A DNA stretch of 30,339 nt from contig JBDHJS010000042.1 in the NCBI GenBank assembly GCA_039586795.1, positions 1 through 30,339 on the forward strand, in the 5' to 3' direction. Source of the DNA: Gemmatimonadota bacterium. Its GTDB lineage: Bacteria; Gemmatimonadota; Gemmatimonadetes; Palauibacterales; KS3-K002. The position numbers and the translations under genes are program-made. Numbering within the stretch: position 1 is the stretch's first letter; each line of letters begins with the position of its first letter. This document shows positions 25,845 to 30,339 of the stretch, piece after piece. Below the pieces are notes generated by a model. It was not told where the DNA came from. It did not search any database and saw nothing but the letters and a program-made list of their open reading frames with translations.

Positions 25845-26921
25845 CTACCGGGTACGCACGTAGTAGAGACGCTCGTTGACCTGGTCCCCCTTGTAACGAC
25901 GGGTCTCGCTGTCACGATCCGACCGGTAGCGCTTGTAAGGCTGTTCCAGCCGTTGGTAGGTATCGGCTACGCCGCGTTCCCGCATCACGCTCTCGATCCT
26001 CTCCTCGGAGATGATCCCTTCCGAGTTGTAGCTCAGCAGAATGTGACGGCAGTCGGCAGCGGCGACGAGGTCGCCGAAAGCGCCCTCGCATTGCCGCCGC
26101 CGCGACCAGTCGGATCGCTTGTCGGCGTCCTCGGGCAGTCCCGTCTTGCCCCGTAGCTTCGGCGGTTCGTCGAACCAGCCTTCGGCGATGATCTCGGGGA
26201 TGTGGTAGTAGCCCGCGTACTGGCGCGTGTTGTAGGGCGGGTCGAGGTACAGGAGATCGAATGTCGGCAGGTCCCGAACTACCTCGATGGCGTCCCGCTG
26301 GTAGGCCCGGTGCTCGCGCCCTGTGCCCGTCACGAGAAGGGGCGGCCTGAGGCGGAGCGGGCGTGTGGCGTTAGGCTGCCAGCTCTTCACGTAGGCGGCG
26401 TAGACGCCGGTGGTGTTGGCGACGCGATCGGCGGCTTCGATCAGGCCGGCGAGCAGCACGTAGTACTCGCCGTCGTCGACCAGGCCGGTCGCTTGCCAAT
26501 CATGGATGCGGTGTCGGATCGCGTCGATCTTTCCTGCGTTCTCTGCTGTGAAGTATCGACGCTCGTGCTCCGAGCCGGCATGGCCCTCGGGGCAGAAATG
26601 CTCGTAGATGAAGCTCGACTCCGGATCGAGGGCATTGAGATGGCCGGTGACCGAGCTCAATGGATCGTCGCCGAGCGGGATCTGGTCTGCCAGGCTTCTG
26701 AACGTCGGTGCCGCATCCACCACGACGTAGGCCCATTGCAGGGCGAAGCTGAACGACATGATATCGCTCGTCGTCACCGCGTATTCGTGGCCCTTCAGGA
26801 ACTTCGCCACCGCAGCGGTCCCGGCAAACGGGTCGCACGCCGTCCCACCGGCGATGTCCAGCTCCTTCAGGGCGCCGTTGATGAACGGGATCAGCTTGCT
26901 CTTGTTGCCGATATAGCGCAC
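25845..26921 (-). CDS. D12-class N6-adenine DNA methyltransferase (FokI/NlaIII-like), orphan in this window
   Basis: MRYIGNK, motif I DPFAGTAAV, motif IV LYLDPPYN.RQY, LSYNSEG. Confidence 0.9.
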   Translation of the reverse strand: MRYIGNKSKLIPFINGALKELDIAGGTACDPFAGTAAVAKFLKGHEYAVTTSDIMSFSFALQWAYVVVDAAPTFRSLADQIPLGDDPLSSVTGHLNALDPESSFIYEHFCPEGHAGSEHERRYFTAENAGKIDAIRHRIHDWQATGLVDDGEYYVLLAGLIEAADRVANTTGVYAAYVKSWQPNATRPLRLRPPLLVTGTGREHRAYQRDAIEVVRDLPTFDLLYLDPPYNTRQYAGYYHIPEIIAEGWFDEPPKLRGKTGLPEDADKRSDWSRRRQCEGAFGDLVAAADCRHILLSYNSEGIISEERIESVMRERGVADTYQRLEQPYKRYRSDRDSETRRYKGDQVNERLYYVRTR

Positions 26922-27185
26922 GTCGGATAAGTCCCTGTTCTGGTGGAACGGGTCCGGGCTTCGGGCCTAAGATCGGGAGGGTCTCGGGAGGCAGCAACAC
27001 CTTACCAAAAGGCCCGCCGGCGCCTGCTGACCCCTCGCATCGGGCAGATGGGCTGAGGCTGATTCCACGGGACCAGCCGCACCGACGAGCCTTCTGTGGA
27101 AATCACTATAGGAACGGCCCGTCACCCGAGTATCAGCTGATTGTCAACTGGGGATCGTCCAGCGAATTTGCCTGAGCAGCGGGCC

Positions 27186-27227
27186 AAAAAATCGCGGGGC
27201 GACCACGCATGGCAACCGCCCCGCGAT
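27186..27227 (-). terminator. Intrinsic terminator after the 50-aa ORF
   Basis: 11-bp inverted repeat ATCGCGGGGCG/CGCCCCGCGAT followed by TTTTT on the minus strand. Confidence 0.75.
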
Positions 27228-27247
27228 CCAGTGTCTGGTGGTTGACG

Positions 27248-27400
27248 CTATTTCTCAAACATCCGACGCGGGGACACCCGCTCTTCGAGCTCCTCGGCGG
27301 TCAGCTCGACGGCCGACGCATCCTTGCCCGTGGCATCGCGGATCAGCTTCTTCTGCTCCTCTGTGAGCTCGATCCTGATGGGCTTCTTCTTCTCGTCCAT
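27248..27400 (-). CDS. 50-aa small protein MDEKKKPIRIELTEEQKKLIRDATGKDASAVELTAEELEERVSPRRMFEK, RiPP-precursor-like
   Basis: Below the ORF-track size cutoff; GAGGAGCAGGA RBS, ATG, strong GC3 codon bias, TAG stop, terminator 20 nt downstream. Confidence 0.85.
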   Translation of the reverse strand: MDEKKKPIRIELTEEQKKLIRDATGKDASAVELTAEELEERVSPRRMFEK

Positions 27401-27577
27401 TTTCCTGCTCCTCTAGCTCGTTGGCGATTGACTCTGCTGATCGGTACCGACAGCAGCCAAGATGGCGGAGCGCATAGCGGGGCGCGACGACCCTGGTCAC
27501 GTATGCAGCGTAATGCGCATCGCTATCGCGGGGTGACCCTCGTGTCACGGAAATAGTAGATCGATCACGCCCGATCA

Positions 27578-27593
27578 TGTGACATCGGTCGCA
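27578..27593. promoter_or_regulatory. CRP/FNR-family-like site TGTGA-N6-TCGCA
   Basis: 9/10 match to TGTGA-N6-TCACA in a divergent intergenic region. Confidence 0.35.
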
Positions 27594-27691
27594 GTTATCT
27601 GAAGGGATTCTCCCTTTCTGAACTAACGCTCAGAGGTCTGCATTTGACGCTTCCCGTTGCCGTCGCGCCGTTCACGTTTCAAGTTCAGTCC

Positions 27692-28981
27692 ATGAAGTTC
27701 AGCGAGGTGCTCTACGATTGGGGAACAGAGGGTGTGCGCCGTGTCCTTCCTCACGCGCCCTTCCTGCCGGAGAAGGCGAAGCGGAGCGTCGAGGGCCGAC
27801 GGGAACTGCTGGAGCGGTTCGAGCGATGGGCAACGGATAACCGGACTGACTCACCGCTTGTTTGGTTCCACGCGCCCAGCGTCGGCGAAGGTCTACAGAC
27901 GGGCCCGGTGATCGAGGCGCTGCGCGATCTTCGACCTGACATCCAGATTCTCTACACCTACTTCTCTCCCTCCGCACAGAAGCTGGCGGACCAGATGCCG
28001 GCCGACTTCGCAGACTATCTGCCCTTTGATGTCGTGGATGACCTGAAGAAGGTGATGGAGCTGGTGAGGCCCAGCGCCATCGTGTTTGGCAAGCTGGATG
28101 TGTGGCCGAACGTGACGCGGGTCGCTAGCTGGCGCGATGTGAAGCTCGCGCTGGTCAGCGGCACGCTGGCGCCCAACTCGAGCCGCCTGAAGTGGCCGAC
28201 CCGTGGCTTTCTGCAAACCACGTACGAGCGGCTCGACGCCGTAGGCGCTATCTCCACGGAAGATGCGGCGCGGCTAGCCTTGCTGGGCGTTCACGCCGAC
28301 CGGGTGGAGGTCACGGGCGACGCCCGATTCGATCAGGTCTGGGCGCGGGCGGAGGCCATCGATCGGAGCAAGCCGCCGGTCTCGCTCCTCGATGATCATT
28401 CGGGTGTGACGTTGGTCGCTGGCTCGACGTGGCCGGAGGGCGAGCGACACCTGGTGCCGGCGATCGCGCATCTCCGGGCGCGTCACCCGGAGCTGCGGGC
28501 CGTTCTGGTCCCCCACGAGCCGACCAATGACCACCTGGTCCGTTTGGAAGCTCACTTGGAGATGGACGAGCTGCCGCACGTTCGGTTATCGCAGATCGAG
28601 AACGGCGAAGCACAGCCGGCCGCCGTTGTCGTTGTCGACAAGGTCGGTGTGCTGGGCGAGCTCTACGCGCTAGCCGATATCGCGTACGTGGGCGGCGGCT
28701 TCGCCAAGCGCGGCCTGCACTCGGTCCTCGAGCCGGCGGCGCTGGGCGCGCCGGTCCTCTTCGGCCCGAACCACGCCAATGCCCGGGAGGCCGGCGAGCT
28801 GATCGAACACGGCGGGGCCGTCGTCATCGAAGATTGGGCTTCAGCCGAAGCGAAGCTCGGCCGCTGGCTCACCGACGCGTCTGCACGCAAAGCGGCCGGC
28901 ACCCATGCTCTTGACTATGTGAAAGCCAATCTGGGCGCCGGCCGCCGCAACGCTGAACTCGTACTCAAGCTACTAGACTAG
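27692..28981 (+). CDS. waaA: 3-deoxy-D-manno-octulosonic acid (Kdo) transferase
   Basis: WFHAPSVGE, YLPFD, TGDARFD, VAGSTW, VPHE, YVGGGF and HSVLEPA..G.PVLFGP; start likely ATG 27692. Confidence 0.9.
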   Translation: MKFSEVLYDWGTEGVRRVLPHAPFLPEKAKRSVEGRRELLERFERWATDNRTDSPLVWFHAPSVGEGLQTGPVIEALRDLRPDIQILYTYFSPSAQKLADQMPADFADYLPFDVVDDLKKVMELVRPSAIVFGKLDVWPNVTRVASWRDVKLALVSGTLAPNSSRLKWPTRGFLQTTYERLDAVGAISTEDAARLALLGVHADRVEVTGDARFDQVWARAEAIDRSKPPVSLLDDHSGVTLVAGSTWPEGERHLVPAIAHLRARHPELRAVLVPHEPTNDHLVRLEAHLEMDELPHVRLSQIENGEAQPAAVVVVDKVGVLGELYALADIAYVGGGFAKRGLHSVLEPAALGAPVLFGPNHANAREAGELIEHGGAVVIEDWASAEAKLGRWLTDASARKAAGTHALDYVKANLGAGRRNAELVLKLLD

Positions 28982-28983
28982 CA

Positions 28984-29018
28984 CTACCCCCTACCGTCTA
29001 CCGTCCACCGTCTACTGT
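28984..29018 (+). repeat. Heptamer tandem repeat between convergent genes
   Basis: CTACCCC CTACCGT CTACCGT CCACCGT CTACTGT. Confidence 0.75.
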
Positions 29019-30339
29019 CGACACGGCGCGTTCGGGTCCGGAATCGGTTTGTCCACCACAACGCGGTGATCGAGATCGGCGATCGTCAGGGCGAGCGCGT
29101 ACACAAACTCACTCACCTTCTCCAACTTCTCGTAGTCGATGTACTGCGCCTCATCGGTCAGCTGGTGATAGTCCTGGTGACTGCCAGTGCTGAAGAAGAC
29201 GATCGGTATCCCATAGCGGGCGTACATATAGTGATCGCTGCGGCAGTAGTAGTTCTGTGGGTGGCCGTCGGCGTCGTACTGATAGTCGAACTCGAAGTTG
29301 AAGCCGTCGCGGACGTTCACCTCTTCCACCAGGTCGCCCAGCTCGGTGGAAAGACGACGGGACCCGATCAACTGGATGTAGTTGAGTCCGCCGTTCTCGA
29401 TGTCGCTCGCCTTGCCGCGGCCGACCATGTCGAGGTTGAGCTGCGCCACGACATTCTCTCGAGGTACCGTCGGATTCTCCGTGAACCAGCCGGCGCCGTA
29501 GAGCCCGACCTCTTCGCCGGTGTGCCAGACGAAGATGATCGAGCGCCGCGGCTTCGTGGCGCTGGTGGCGAAGGCCTCGGCGACCTCCAGCATGGCGACG
29601 GAGCCGGAGCCGTCGTCATCGGCGCCGTTGAAGACGGAATCGATGCGGGGCGATCTGATCGCTCGCAGGCTGTCGATGATCGCCTGGACACGCACCGCCT
29701 CTTCGGCGGTCGCCTGCCGGTTCGGGCTCTCGGCGCCCATCGGCCGAACCACGTTGAGGAACGCCCACAGCGAATCGTGGTCCACCGGGGTTCCTGACGT
29801 GCCCACGTGGTCGTTGTGCGACCCGATGGCGACGTACTCGTTCCGAAGCCCGGGGTCGCTGCCGCGGACGATCGCCACCACGTTCCGGGCTGCGTAACGG
29901 GCCGTCTCTTCGACGAAGCCGATTGTCCCCTCGATCGTCGTGCCGCTCGCGCCCACCGCAGCGTCGGCGAGCGGCGCGCCGACCAGTCGCTCCGCCACAT
30001 CCTGACTGACGAACAACCCGAGCGTGCCTTCGGGAACGTCGCCGCCGGACATCACCGTGCGCGGCTGCATCATGAAGTCCGCCCAGCCCGGCGGCAGCAT
30101 CTCAAGCGCCGTTATCGCCACGCCCGCCGCCGACAGGTAGGTCTGAAGCGCCTGGCGGTTGATCGTCTGGATGTTCGGTCGACCTGTAGAAGTGACCGGC
30201 ACGCCGAGGACGACGAGTTTGTCCTCCACGTCGTCAGCGGTGAGGGCGGGGGCATCGGAGGCCGGGCCGCCGTAGATCACCCCTTTCCCGTCGATCGAGC
30301 CCTTCGTGCTGAACGGAAGAAAGGAACCGAGCCGCGGGA
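29012..30339 (-). CDS. M28 family metallopeptidase (5' end lies outside the window)
   Basis: SHNDHVG, NGADDDGSG, GEEVGLYG, NLDMVGR, RSDH, DYH motifs; frame stays open to the window edge. Confidence 0.92.
   Translation of the reverse strand, partial: PRLGSFLPFSTKGSIDGKGVIYGGPASDAPALTADDVEDKLVVLGVPVTSTGRPNIQTINRQALQTYLSAAGVAITALEMLPPGWADFMMQPRTVMSGGDVPEGTLGLFVSQDVAERLVGAPLADAAVGASGTTIEGTIGFVEETARYAARNVVAIVRGSDPGLRNEYVAIGSHNDHVGTSGTPVDHDSLWAFLNVVRPMGAESPNRQATAEEAVRVQAIIDSLRAIRSPRIDSVFNGADDDGSGSVAMLEVAEAFATSATKPRRSIIFVWHTGEEVGLYGAGWFTENPTVPRENVVAQLNLDMVGRGKASDIENGGLNYIQLIGSRRLSTELGDLVEEVNVRDGFNFEFDYQYDADGHPQNYYCRSDHYMYARYGIPIVFFSTGSHQDYHQLTDEAQYIDYEKLEKVSEFVYALALTIADLDHRVVVDKPIPDPNAPCRQ

Overview
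GC-rich bacterial chromosomal window; the gene repertoire suggests Gemmatimonadota (inference). About 26 coding regions: a TolB-like/TPR membrane protein, Tat-exported GH127, rtcA, a VIT-VWA/ECF sigma/zinc anti-sigma module, a PLP decarboxylase, several lipoproteins, leuS, an aminopeptidase, DUF763, PhzF, an orphan adenine methyltransferase, waaA and a partial M28 peptidase. No transposase, integrase or CRISPR array was seen. The most unusual region is the non-coding stretch just downstream of leuS (17770-18170, minus strand). It holds a tRNA-Leu-shaped RNA with a non-canonical anticodon loop (UCGCCAG) and an irregular acceptor end. Next comes a predicted ~68-nt sRNA with its own sigma70-like promoter and terminator, whose 5' end is exactly complementary (13 nt) to that anticodon arm: a candidate tRNA-like RNA/antisense RNA pair. 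An unlisted 50-aa RiPP-precursor-like ORF with its own terminator lies at 27248-27400. All assignments come from reading motifs by eye; no searches were run.
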